Source of the DNA: Nitrososphaera sp.
Lineage (GTDB): Archaea > Thermoproteota > Nitrososphaeria > Nitrososphaerales > Nitrososphaeraceae
Direction of reading: 5' to 3'
Assembly: GCA_036741615.1 (NCBI GenBank)
Contig: DAINRW010000001.1
Span: 9,159 to 69,691, forward strand
DNA length: 60,533 nucleotides
Shown: one piece after another, positions 9,414 through 18,887 of the stretch
How the letters are laid out: each line of letters opens with the position of its first letter
Numbering within the stretch: position 1 is the first letter of the stretch
Translations under genes and position numbers: made by a program
The notes under the pieces: generated by a model
The model's database searches: none
Seen by the model: the letters and a program-made list of their open reading frames with translations, nothing else
What the model was told of the DNA's origin: nothing

Positions 9414-10802
9414 TCAGACAACTGGTTTGAGGGTCATATGTGAGCGACCATCAAATATTACAGAGTACAAATTAGATGACGGTGTAAGTGACTGCAGAAA
9501 TAGTGTGTCATCTATCATCGTTAATCGAAGATGGATGTTTGATACTTCTGAAACAGAGTCGAGTATGTCAGCCTGTGAAGGGGCGAGAAGAACTATTGAA
9601 AGGTCTGCATGGGTTAATATGCTAGTTAACTTGTTCATCAGTACGCCTCTTAGGTTTTTTGCTATGTCGAGATTTTGTAAAGATTCAGCCGACATGATAC
9701 TTAGAAGAACCCTGTTGCGGTACTTTTGTTTCATTTTGACAAGAGACCCAAGCAGTTGGTCGGCGCTTGGATTTTTGCTGGTCCACAAGATCTTGAAAAG
9801 GCTCTTTTTGATCGGGGGAAGAGATGTCTCGAAGAAGTGTAATATTGAAGACGGTTCCATCCAACTAACAGGCTGCAGCACCACAGGGTTTCCGCTCAAA
9901 ACATGATTTGATACGATTCGGTGAAGAAATATTAATGCGATTGTCATGTTTACATGAGAATCCAACTCAAGCAAAACCATGCCTTTTCTTGGAAAGCCCC
10001 TGCCAAGTGAAGCATCCAGAACAGGATAGCCAGTCTTGATATTGTCACGCGTTGGAACGTCAAAGAGATCTGCGGAATTTCTTTTGTGTGTTTCAAAATT
10101 GATTCTCTGGTATGGAGTAAAACTATGGAAAATGCTATTTTCGAGTGTATAGAGGTAACATGGACGATCTATTCGAGTGCCACGCAGCTTTTGAAGAAAG
10201 ATTTGTCTCAATCTTAGATTATTATAGTAACTTTGCCTCAGCTCGACTATGCCATCAACTAGAAAGTCAAGTGTGGTGTCAGCAGGTTGCTCGCTTATAA
10301 ATATGAGTTTAGCACCTGCCCTTTCTCTCCATGTCTGAAGCACTCTTTCATTGTTAAGGCGTGCCTCTCTATCCATGAATGATGCAATCGCCTCCCAGCT
10401 GTCAATTATGATTATTGGAGATTTGATATCCATTAGTTGGTTTGTAATGCGCTCAAAGAGCGACTCGGGTTCATCCAGCCTCGCGTCTTCAAATGTTGAC
10501 ATCATTTCACGATCCCGAGGCAAGTTTGTGTCATGAGCCATAGATTGCTGAATAAAGTCTTTCAGCCACGGATAATATTGAAAGAGCTGTTTTGGCGATA
10601 ATCTTGTCGAGATATAGAAGAAATTATTCTTTATTCCCAATACGTTTAAGATCGTTAATGCAAGCGTGGTCTTGCCTGTTCCAGCGAATCCCTTTACCAA
10701 AAGAGAATATGTGTCGCGTCGTATAAACTGCAACAGGTCCTCTGGTATACGAGGGAAGGCATGATTACGCTTATTCTTAATGCCTACATCGGGTTCTGCC
10801 AT
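9414..10802 (-). CDS. GvpD-like KaiC/RAD55-family ATPase (second domain degenerate)
   Basis: Walker A GFAGTGKT, Walker B IIIIDSW, DFLVDGIVEL, KLRG; second RecA-like domain (TGYPVLDASLGRGFP) has no Walker A. Confidence 0.85.
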   Translation of the reverse strand: MAEPDVGIKNKRNHAFPRIPEDLLQFIRRDTYSLLVKGFAGTGKTTLALTILNVLGIKNNFFYISTRLSPKQLFQYYPWLKDFIQQSMAHDTNLPRDREMMSTFEDARLDEPESLFERITNQLMDIKSPIIIIDSWEAIASFMDREARLNNERVLQTWRERAGAKLIFISEQPADTTLDFLVDGIVELRQSYYNNLRLRQIFLQKLRGTRIDRPCYLYTLENSIFHSFTPYQRINFETHKRNSADLFDVPTRDNIKTGYPVLDASLGRGFPRKGMVLLELDSHVNMTIALIFLHRIVSNHVLSGNPVVLQPVSWMEPSSILHFFETSLPPIKKSLFKILWTSKNPSADQLLGSLVKMKQKYRNRVLLSIMSAESLQNLDIAKNLRGVLMNKLTSILTHADLSIVLLAPSQADILDSVSEVSNIHLRLTMIDDTLFLQSLTPSSNLYSVIFDGRSHMTLKPVV

Positions 10803-11340
10803 GAATTATCCACTCCAATCGTTTTCTTTCAAGCCCCCTTTGATACGAATTAATGTTAGTGAATTATCAATCCTATTAAGGATTGAGCATCTCTCTGCCA
10901 GAACCCAGATCCAATAACAATATAGATTATAGTGTTATCCTCAAACTCTAAATCAAATAAAATGCCTCAATGACTTTTGATTGCGCTGCATGCGATTATT
11001 TTTCCCGAAAGACAATCCAAAGAAGCAGACAATGATGCCAAACAAACTGAGAGAAAGCTGACACTTCCAAAAGAATAGGTAAATACTAATAACGATATAG
11101 TATATCTTAACGTGAATTATTAGCGCTATATAGTGCTACATTGGATAGAATTTTTGCAAAATGAAAAATATTTGTAATAGTGAACCTCGAGGAGAAGACG
11201 TGTGTATTTTTGAATCTAAAATGCATTAAAGTACTTATTATCAACGTAAAGTGTTGGCAAGTTATTCTTCTTTATTATCGAAAATTTGTAATCGAGTAAC
11301 ATATTTATTGTAATTGGATAAGAGTGTTTTAAGTAAGACT

Positions 11341-11763
11341 ATGGTCATTAACGAAGAACTGCTCGCAGCCAGGAAAAAGGTTGCACAAACCAGACCCAGG
11401 TTCATAAGGCAAGAGAGCTGGAGGTATGATCGACTTGCCGAAAACTGGAGGAAGCCAAAGGGCAAGGACAACAAGATGAGGAAGCAAAAGTCAGGAATGC
11501 CAGCCCTTGTCAAGGTAGGGTATCGGAGTCCAAAAGCAGCGAGAGGTCTTCATCCATCAGGATATCGCGATAATATTATCCATAACACCAATGAGCTAGT
11601 CAGGCTTGATCCGAGAAGAGATGCAGCGAGGATAGCCCATACTGTGGGCAAGAAGAAGCGTATTGAGATAATTAATAAGGCTATTGAACTTGGCATTAAG
11701 GTCCTTAATCCAGGTAATTTAATGTCCAAAGTACAAAAAGAAAAGGAGAAGACGGGTGATTAG
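11341..11763 (+). CDS. rpl32e: 50S ribosomal protein L32e
   Basis: FIRQESWRYDRL, WRKPKGKDNKMR, VGYRSP, GLHPSG. Confidence 0.97.
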   Translation: MVINEELLAARKKVAQTRPRFIRQESWRYDRLAENWRKPKGKDNKMRKQKSGMPALVKVGYRSPKAARGLHPSGYRDNIIHNTNELVRLDPRRDAARIAHTVGKKKRIEIINKAIELGIKVLNPGNLMSKVQKEKEKTGD

Positions 11764-11764
11764 C

Positions 11765-12211
11765 ATGGTAGTCAACATTGCAAAAAAGAGAGAGCTGGTT
11801 GCACGGATTCTGAGAGTGGGAGCTAATAGAGTTAGGTTTGAGCCAGATAGACTTGAAGACATCGCCGACTCGATCACGAGAGATAATATACGCTCACTTG
11901 TTAAAAGCGGCGCTATATGGACGGTCCAGCCTAGGGGTACCTCCCGAGGCAGAGCAATAAAGAAACGGGCGGTCTGGAAAGTTCACGGCAAAGGTCCAGG
12001 GTCAAAGAAGGGTAAGAAGACCGCCAGGGTTGGAAAAAAAGCGGTCTATGTTATAAGGACAAGGTCGATGCGACATCATCTAAAGGTGATTAAAGAAAGA
12101 AAGGACATTAGCAACGATGTATACTGGCAACTCTACAAGAAGGTCAACGGAGGTCAGGTTAGATCGCTTGCACATCTGCGTGAGCTTGCGAAAGAGGCGA
12201 AGTCCTCGTAG
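11765..12211 (+). CDS. rpl19e: 50S ribosomal protein L19e
   Basis: VGANRVRF, TRDNIRSL, GTSRGR, GPGSKKG. Confidence 0.97.
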   Translation: MVVNIAKKRELVARILRVGANRVRFEPDRLEDIADSITRDNIRSLVKSGAIWTVQPRGTSRGRAIKKRAVWKVHGKGPGSKKGKKTARVGKKAVYVIRTRSMRHHLKVIKERKDISNDVYWQLYKKVNGGQVRSLAHLRELAKEAKSS

Positions 12212-12534
12212 TGCAACCTCGTGTATGAGATTCTATAGTTTCCAAATTCAGCTGCGCTGTCTCCAATAAAGCACAAGCCCTCCTTTCTTAGCAATTCTTT
12301 TTTCCTTATTTTGCCAAAAGCATAGCCGCCTATTTTTCCATCTGACTTAATGACTCTATGGCAGGGAGTCGTGATCGGATTTGGGTTTCTGTTTAGAATT
12401 CTTCCGATTGCACGGGACGCACCAGGATGGCCTAGTGCTCTTGCAATATCACCATAGGTTGTGACTTTGCCCTCAGGGATCTGAGCAACTATATCATAGA
12501 CATCACTTGCCTTAAGCTGGTGTAATTTCACCAC
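12154..12534 (-). CDS. ogt: Methylated-DNA--protein-cysteine methyltransferase (C-terminal domain only)
   Basis: IPEGKVTTYGDIA, RAIG, active-site PCHRV, GGYAFG. Confidence 0.9.
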   Translation of the reverse strand: MVKLHQLKASDVYDIVAQIPEGKVTTYGDIARALGHPGASRAIGRILNRNPNPITTPCHRVIKSDGKIGGYAFGKIRKKELLRKEGLCFIGDSAAEFGNYRISYTRLHYEDFASFASSRRCASDLT

Positions 12535-12567
12535 CTATCTGATGGGAGGGGATTTTAAAATACCTAT

Positions 12568-13455
12568 TCAGACTCTGTAAACTTCAAGAGGGCTGTCACT
12601 GAGGATTTTGAGTATCATATCCTTTCGCCGTCCTAAACCTTTGCTGTCTAGTACAACATGTGTCACCTTCTCTGTACTCTTTTCAGCCATTTGGTCTAAC
12701 ATTTCCCGATCAATCGCTTCAAGATTGTGCTTTGACGCCACTGCTGCAAGACCAAAGTTTGACTCAAGTAAGAGTCTATTGAACTTTTGTGGATAATGTG
12801 TCCCTCCAAGCGCTATGCCTACCTTGTCGCAGCGCTCAAACCCGTTGTCAAGTACCATAAGGAGTGTTTCACACATTACGGCGGCCGCATTTGCATCTTT
12901 CCATTGCTTTTCCGATGATCCTAATTCTATAAACAATACAGGCTTGTCGATTGATGTCGGTCCATGATGCGTTGCTTCTATAATAACCTCATACCCAGGA
13001 AGCTTTTGTCTCGAGGCGGTTATGGCCTTCAAATAGCCCTTTAGCAGACTGGGGTAGGCGATTGCTATCTGCCTGGGGTAACCTCCATGAGTGCTATCAG
13101 TAGAAAAATTGCCGGTGAAGTGACATGTCAGCGTCGGAATAGAACTATCTGACTTATGCTTGGAAAGGAAGATGAACACATCGGCTTGTGGAATCAATCT
13201 AGAAATATTCTCGAATGTTAGCAAATTGCCATAGAAAATATACAGCTGCATATTCCTATGATGAGCGGACAAGTATGACTCCCCGTAGGGGTCGACTGTA
13301 CTTGGACTTTCAAATCCAGCGCTTCTGATCAAATATTGGCTTATTGTCTTGCCAGCCAAGTCCTGATTAGAGGTTACTAACGCATAGCGATCGCCCAACT
13401 TGCCGAAGTTAAAGACACTACTTATTTTAGCATTGTCATAGAGCAAGAATATCAT
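12568..13455 (-). CDS. dtdA: Archaeal D-aminoacyl-tRNA deacylase (DTD2)
   Basis: FLSKHKS, TCHFTGN, EATHHGPT, FIELGS and GGTHYP motifs; start may lie slightly downstream. Confidence 0.93.
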   Translation of the reverse strand: MIFLLYDNAKISSVFNFGKLGDRYALVTSNQDLAGKTISQYLIRSAGFESPSTVDPYGESYLSAHHRNMQLYIFYGNLLTFENISRLIPQADVFIFLSKHKSDSSIPTLTCHFTGNFSTDSTHGGYPRQIAIAYPSLLKGYLKAITASRQKLPGYEVIIEATHHGPTSIDKPVLFIELGSSEKQWKDANAAAVMCETLLMVLDNGFERCDKVGIALGGTHYPQKFNRLLLESNFGLAAVASKHNLEAIDREMLDQMAEKSTEKVTHVVLDSKGLGRRKDMILKILSDSPLEVYRV

Positions 13456-13744
13456 TTAAAATAAAGACCCCTTACATCGTAGAGAACGTTTGGATGGCGA
13501 ATAGATCCTCGGAAGATTCAGAGGAATGCAGAATAAAAAAATAACCCTCAAAAAACGGCATCTTTTTTAGGTCTTAGAGGAAAGGAGTCCGTTGGAATCT
13601 TAAGATTAATGGGGCATAGTAACAGCATTGAGTTTGCAATATCTTTAATAAAACTCTAGAATGTCTATGTAAGAATTACAATTTCATTATTATTCTGCTC
13701 GAGTAAATTTATTAAATGCATAGGAGCTTTGGATACCAAATAGG

Positions 13745-14455
13745 ATGAACAACATAATAGAGGAGGTCCAGGGGGGTGGCAAGGGTCAGGATGAGATTGA
13801 ATTTGAAGATCACACTAATGAAAATTCCATCCACACAGAATTAGATGTGCCGTCTGAACAGACTGAAGATAGTAGCTCAGAAGACTATCAAATTGAAAGA
13901 AAAGATGTTGGCGACGAAGAGATCGTCTCCGATATCGATGCAACTGCAAAATCACCTACCGGTTCACCTTCATCAGTGTCAACACAACCAAACCAGAACG
14001 TTCAACCTTTAAGCGACTCAAAGTTCTTTGCTATTCGCACGACAGGCGGTCAGGAGCGTGTAGTCGCAAACCTACTGCAGACTAGGGCTAATACCAAAAA
14101 ATTACAAATTCGTTCAATCATCGTGCTTGAAGGCTTTAAGGGTTATATCATTGTGGAGGCTCCGGATTCAAACGCTGCGTATGAGGCACTTGTAGGCATA
14201 AGGCATGTTCGCGGTCAGATTAGAGGCGATTTGCCCTTCAAAGATATCGAAGGGTACTTGGTCAAAAAGCCTATAGTATCTGAGCTTAGTACAAATGATA
14301 CCGTCGAAGTAATTGCGGGACCGTTTAAAGCAATGAAGGCCAAGATAACCCGCGTAGACTATGAAAAGCAGGAAGCTACAGTGGTTTTGCTTGATTCGCC
14401 GTACCAGATACCGGTAACTGTTGACGCAAACTACCTTAAGAGGGTAGCTCATTAG
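13745..14455 (+). CDS. spt5: Transcription elongation factor Spt5 with acidic N-terminal extension
   Basis: NGN domain (FFAIRTTGGQE, KGYIIVEA) and KOW (VEVIAGPFK). Confidence 0.95.
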   Translation: MNNIIEEVQGGGKGQDEIEFEDHTNENSIHTELDVPSEQTEDSSSEDYQIERKDVGDEEIVSDIDATAKSPTGSPSSVSTQPNQNVQPLSDSKFFAIRTTGGQERVVANLLQTRANTKKLQIRSIIVLEGFKGYIIVEAPDSNAAYEALVGIRHVRGQIRGDLPFKDIEGYLVKKPIVSELSTNDTVEVIAGPFKAMKAKITRVDYEKQEATVVLLDSPYQIPVTVDANYLKRVAH

Positions 14456-14532
14456 GGAAAATGATATGCGGAACTGAACGAATAAATAAAGAAATGTAGC
14501 CAAACTTATTGTTTAGCTTTTTGGTGTTATAA

Positions 14533-15204
14533 TTGATTGTCGACCTCAATATAAAGGGCAAACGTGCAATAGTTGTAGGAGGGGGGACCGAGGGTATTAG
14601 AAAGGTTCGTGCGCTATTAGGCCAGGATTGCAAAATAACGGTGATAAGTAACAGGTTTAATCGGTTTCTGATTGAACAGGCTGATTCGGGCAAGATCGAG
14701 CTCGTTAAGGCACGCCTAAAAGATGCCAATATACTCGATAATTACAATGATGCTTTCCTCGTGTTGGCGGCGACCAATGACAGAGAGCTAAATCGGAAGA
14801 TAATAGAAAGGGGCCGATCGCTTAAGGCATTTGTTTATGCAGCAGACGATCCACCGGTAAGCGACTTTTCCTATGCCTCTATCATAAATATTGAGGGGAT
14901 AGTGCAAGTAGCTATTTCAACTTCTGGCAAAAGTCCTCTAATGGCCCGCAAAATAAGGATAAAAGCAGAGCGTGTATTGCGGAGGATAATCAAGAAGGCC
15001 GACATTGAAAACGCCAAGCTTCAGGAATTCGCTAGACAAGCAGCACGGCCCCACATTAGAACGGTTGACGAACGCAAAGAATTTCTCTATTCAGTGGTAA
15101 AAAACAGACAAATTCAGAACCTTATTAAGGAAGACAGGATTGAAGATGCTAAAAGCGCGACATTAGAGCTGTTACATAAATGGGAGAGAAAAGGCAGGGC
15201 ATGA
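14533..15204 (+). CDS. sirC: Precorrin-2 dehydrogenase/sirohydrochlorin ferrochelatase (SirC/CysG N-terminal type)
   Basis: VVGGG, AATNDRELN, ADDP, AISTSGKSP; directly upstream of hemA. Confidence 0.9.
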   Translation: MIVDLNIKGKRAIVVGGGTEGIRKVRALLGQDCKITVISNRFNRFLIEQADSGKIELVKARLKDANILDNYNDAFLVLAATNDRELNRKIIERGRSLKAFVYAADDPPVSDFSYASIINIEGIVQVAISTSGKSPLMARKIRIKAERVLRRIIKKADIENAKLQEFARQAARPHIRTVDERKEFLYSVVKNRQIQNLIKEDRIEDAKSATLELLHKWERKGRA

Positions 15205-16496
15205 CAACGATTGTCAAAGCCACATCAGAAACACCTACAGGTCAGAATGAGATAATCAATGCCAGGGTTACCTATCGCAATGCTCCCATGCATCTGCTAG
15301 AAAAGTTCACATTCAAAGATATAGATAAAGCACATAGGAATTTTCTTGAAAAGGCAGGCTTTGAGGAATGCGTAATTTTACAGACATGTAACAGGGTTGA
15401 AATTTTTGGCGCGGCTAAAGGCATCCAAGAGCATAAGCTGCTCGAAGAATGGGTTTGTGCTTCGGGACTGTCTCAAAAAGACCTCGACAGCATAGAAATC
15501 GACAGAGGCAAAGAAGCAATTGTGCATTTAATGAGGCTTGCCTCAGGTCTTGAATCTCTTGTTATAGGCGAAGACCAGATTTTGGGCCAAGTCAGGCGCG
15601 CCTTTGAATATTCTCGTGCTCACCGCTATGCAAGCATGAACCTGTCGGTGGTATTTGACAGGGCTCTGAAGGCAGGGAGCAGGATTAGGACAGCCACAGG
15701 CATAAACAAAGGCAATGTCTCCATCGCATCGGTCGCTGTGAATCTTGCTGAAGAGTACTTTGATGACTTGAAGAATAAGACTATCTTGCTGATAGGTACT
15801 GGCGAGGCTGCAAGTCTCGTAGCAAAGGTCCTCAAGAGGCGTGGTGTCAACTTTATGATAGCGAGTAGGGTTCCTGAAAGGGCACACGCATTTGCAGAAA
15901 CTGTCGCGGGAGTTCCAATCGCTTTTGATGCAGCTCTAGAAATTATGCCAACGGTTGATCTGATATTTACCGCAACTGTGGCTCCATACCGCCTGATCAC
16001 TTATGAAAGGATAGAAAATGCAATGACGAGCAAGAAGGGTAGCAACAGCATGATGGTCTTTGACCTCTCTAACCCGAGGACAGTCGACGAAAGAGTCGCA
16101 ACTATCCGTGGTGTCAAACTGATAAACATGGATCAGATAGCTGAGCTAGTTGCCAAGAACATGCGTTTCCGAGTGAAAGAGGTCAATTCTGCAGAGAAAC
16201 TGATTAACGATGAAATGAAATCATATGATACAATCGTGAAGAGAATGAAGGCGGAGCCAGTTGTAATGACAGTATTTAGAAATGTCGATAGGATAAGGGA
16301 CAGGGAAGTAGAAAAAGCTCTAACCATGATTGGAAAAAAGCTGCCGCCGGAGGAAACCAGGGTGATAGAACAACTGTCCTATGCAATTGTAGAGGGCATC
16401 CTTTCAACCCCCATGAACAATCTGAGAAAACAAATAGAAGAAAGCGATAATGAAGATTTAATGAAAATGGTAGCCAAGTTGTTCAAGTATGAATAA
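15201..16496 (+). CDS. hemA: Glutamyl-tRNA reductase
   Basis: LQTCNRVE, ASGLESLVIGEDQILGQV, IGTGE, DLSNPR. Confidence 0.96.
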   Translation: MTTIVKATSETPTGQNEIINARVTYRNAPMHLLEKFTFKDIDKAHRNFLEKAGFEECVILQTCNRVEIFGAAKGIQEHKLLEEWVCASGLSQKDLDSIEIDRGKEAIVHLMRLASGLESLVIGEDQILGQVRRAFEYSRAHRYASMNLSVVFDRALKAGSRIRTATGINKGNVSIASVAVNLAEEYFDDLKNKTILLIGTGEAASLVAKVLKRRGVNFMIASRVPERAHAFAETVAGVPIAFDAALEIMPTVDLIFTATVAPYRLITYERIENAMTSKKGSNSMMVFDLSNPRTVDERVATIRGVKLINMDQIAELVAKNMRFRVKEVNSAEKLINDEMKSYDTIVKRMKAEPVVMTVFRNVDRIRDREVEKALTMIGKKLPPEETRVIEQLSYAIVEGILSTPMNNLRKQIEESDNEDLMKMVAKLFKYE

Positions 16497-17523
16497 AATC
16501 AATATCGGCAGCAGCAGCGGCAGCAGCAGCGGCAGTAGTAGCATTCACTCATTTCCGCTAGTGCGACTCAGGCGACTCAGGACAACACCTGCAATGAGAG
16601 ATCTTCTTCAGGAGACACGACTTTCGTCTAAGGATCTGATAGCTCCTGTATTTGTCCAAGAGGGGATAAACAAACCGCAGCAGATAGCCACGATGCCAGA
16701 TATTCAACGAATTCCACTATCCAAACTTGTTTTCGAGGTTGATAGAATGATGAAAATTGGTATCAGTGCGATCATCTTGTTTGGTTTACCTTTGCAGAAA
16801 AATGCAAATGCAAAGTCGGCGTTTGATGATAGAGGTATTGTGCAGAAATCAATTGAGCTCTTACGCAAGCAGTTTAGTACCAAATTAGCGATAATTACTG
16901 ATGTATGTCTGTGCCAATATACTTCTCATGGTCACTGTGGCCTAGTGATAAATGAAACTATTGACAATGATAAAACCCTTGAGGTTTTGGCAAGGGTGGC
17001 TGTCAGCCATGCGAGGGCGGGTGCAGACATTGTGGCGCCTTCTGCAATGATGGATGGCCAGGTGAAAGCATTGCGGACTGGCCTGGACGATGCAGGTTTT
17101 GCAGATGTGGCTATTATGGGGTATTCGGCAAAGCAGGCATCCCCACTTTACGCGCCATTTCGAGACGCTGCTCATTCCGCCCCAGAATTTGGAGATAGGC
17201 GTACGTATCAAATGCCTTTTACAAATGCGAGGGAGGCTATGCGTGAGATTGAGACAGATATTGCAGAAGGAGTTGATATTGTTATGGTTAAGCCAGCCAT
17301 ACCATACCTAGATCTTGTATATGCTGCTAGACAGAACACGCATGTTCCCATATGCGCCTATAGCGTCTCTGGAGAGTATGCACTCATCAAGGCGGCTGCT
17401 ATGAACGGCTGGATTGATGAAAACGCAGTTATGACCGAATTCCTGACATCTATAAAACGAGCAGGAGCTGACATGATAATCACGTATCAGGCAAAAAAGA
17501 TGGCACAGATACTCAATAAATAG
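16489..17523 (+). CDS. hemB: Porphobilinogen synthase
   Basis: DVCLCQYTSHGHCG, APSAMMDG, YAPFRDAA, DIVMVKP, YSVSGEY. Confidence 0.97.
   Translation: MNKINIGSSSGSSSGSSSIHSFPLVRLRRLRTTPAMRDLLQETRLSSKDLIAPVFVQEGINKPQQIATMPDIQRIPLSKLVFEVDRMMKIGISAIILFGLPLQKNANAKSAFDDRGIVQKSIELLRKQFSTKLAIITDVCLCQYTSHGHCGLVINETIDNDKTLEVLARVAVSHARAGADIVAPSAMMDGQVKALRTGLDDAGFADVAIMGYSAKQASPLYAPFRDAAHSAPEFGDRRTYQMPFTNAREAMREIETDIAEGVDIVMVKPAIPYLDLVYAARQNTHVPICAYSVSGEYALIKAAAMNGWIDENAVMTEFLTSIKRAGADMIITYQAKKMAQILNK
16507..16542 (+). repeat. 3 x 12-bp tandem repeat encoding (GSSS)3
   Basis: GGCAGCAGCAGC GGCAGCAGCAGC GGCAGTAGTAGC at the 5' end of hemB. Confidence 0.9.
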
Positions 17524-17573
17524 CGTCATATCTTGCATCTTTTTAAATTGTCGTAAAGCATTAACTCATTAAG

Positions 17574-18194
17574 ATGTTCGCGACTGACTCAGGATCGGAA
17601 CGGGCCACTAGTATAGAGGACTACCAAAATACATGTACTGAGTTTATTGCAGATATTAGTCGTGACTATATGGACTGGATTGAGCGCTATCAGTTGGGTG
17701 AGCAGGAAACTGCGAGAAGAAAGGCAACAATAAACAACATCGTTAAAACCACGAACGAATGGATTGTAAAATATGGTAATACCATCAAAAAGGTTGACAT
17801 TGTGATGAATGACGGTGTTAATAAAATGGCAGAGAACACAGCAGGGTACCCTTTCCAGTTGGAAGTTCTGGTAAACAGCATGAGGCGCTTTACAATTCAT
17901 CCTCTAGGCGAAATAAAGGTCAACGTAAAGGCAACTCCAAGACCAGGCAGACAAGTAAGGATTGGCAACTACCAAAAAGATCAGCTGTTACTGATAAATT
18001 CAAGTTCACCGGTTGAATTCACCGTCAGTAATGAGAGCATGAAAGGAGTCGACATTTTAGATGATTACATCATAATAGATGCAAATGGCTGTCATAGGCA
18101 TGATCTTATTTCCCTTACCTCAGTAGTGGAGGAGGTTGAGGGTGATCATGTTGCTGAGAGCAGAGGATACACCACAATAATATTGCTCTTGTAG
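17574..18194 (+). CDS. Hypothetical protein
   Basis: 206-aa ORF with normal globular composition; no recognised motif. Confidence 0.65.
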   Translation: MFATDSGSERATSIEDYQNTCTEFIADISRDYMDWIERYQLGEQETARRKATINNIVKTTNEWIVKYGNTIKKVDIVMNDGVNKMAENTAGYPFQLEVLVNSMRRFTIHPLGEIKVNVKATPRPGRQVRIGNYQKDQLLLINSSSPVEFTVSNESMKGVDILDDYIIIDANGCHRHDLISLTSVVEEVEGDHVAESRGYTTIILLL

Positions 18195-18204
18195 ACACGT
18201 ACGC

Positions 18205-18212
18205 TTTAAATA
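18205..18212 (+). promoter_or_regulatory. Archaeal TATA box for tRNA-Gly
   Basis: TTTAAATA ~26-33 nt upstream of the tRNA 5' end. Confidence 0.6.
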
Positions 18213-18237
18213 ACCTTAGAGTCTCGATAGTGTCCGT

Positions 18238-18312
18238 GCGACGGTCGTCCAGTTTGGTCTAGGACATCAGATTGCCAATCTGGTAACCCGGGTTCAAATC
18301 CCGGCCGTCGCA
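18238..18312 (+). tRNA. tRNA-Gly(GCC), no intron, CCA not encoded
   Basis: Acceptor GCGACGG/CCGTCGC+A; anticodon arm TCAGA-TTGCCAA-TCTGG; T arm CCGGG-TTCAAAT-CCCGG. Confidence 0.97.
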
Positions 18313-18515
18313 TTTTTCATAATTTCCTTTATGTCTATATTCTGTAGCTTATCTATTTCCTTGTTAAACCACTCCTCCACCTGTTCAGGATCGGTTCTCA
18401 CCTTGGCCTTCATTTCCTCTAATTCTGCTTTTCTCACCTTGGCTTTCTCTTCCACCTTAGGCAGGTAGGCCGATGTGGCGCTTTCGATCATCTTCTCCAT
18501 CCATCTGTCCAGCAT
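18294..18515 (-). CDS. Small charged coiled-coil protein
   Basis: E/K-rich helical 73-aa ORF; its 3' end overlaps the tRNA-Gly antisense. Confidence 0.65.
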   Translation of the reverse strand: MLDRWMEKMIESATSAYLPKVEEKAKVRKAELEEMKAKVRTDPEQVEEWFNKEIDKLQNIDIKEIMKNATAGI

Positions 18516-18605
18516 CTAGATCAACCCAAAGAGGAATCTTAGTAGGATTATCAGCACTATTATGCCCAGTACAACCATGATAATGGTCCAAATCATTGAA
18601 GTCAT
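18516..18605 (-). CDS. 29-aa single-TM microprotein (not in ORF track)
   Basis: ATG..TAG gives MTSMIWTIIMVVLGIIVLIILLRFLFGLI; its stop directly abuts the ATG of the next gene. Confidence 0.6.
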   Translation of the reverse strand: MTSMIWTIIMVVLGIIVLIILLRFLFGLI

Positions 18606-18887
18606 GTCATTCGTTGTTGTTTAACATTTCTTATAAGGACAATACAATAATCCTCTATATCGCACGTTCTCGTCATAGCTTGATTTTACGAAGCACTCCC
18701 GCATGCACAAAATCCAAACTCGTCTATTCGCCTGTTACACGTCGGACAGGGCTCGCCATATTCAATTTCCCATGCGTGTTTGCCATATAAATGATAATGG
18801 GTGTCAATCTCAATAGGGACCCCTTGATCATCCTTAGGTTTTTCACGAGAAGAATGAGACATACTTTAATTTATCTAGCACACATTA

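Noticed and set aside
9414..10802. Gas vesicle cluster or circadian clock
   Set aside because: No gvpA/gvpN or kaiA/kaiB in the window, and the second ATPase domain lacks Walker A
13456..13744. Expected secE (Sec61-gamma) upstream of spt5
   Set aside because: No suitable hydrophobic small ORF found
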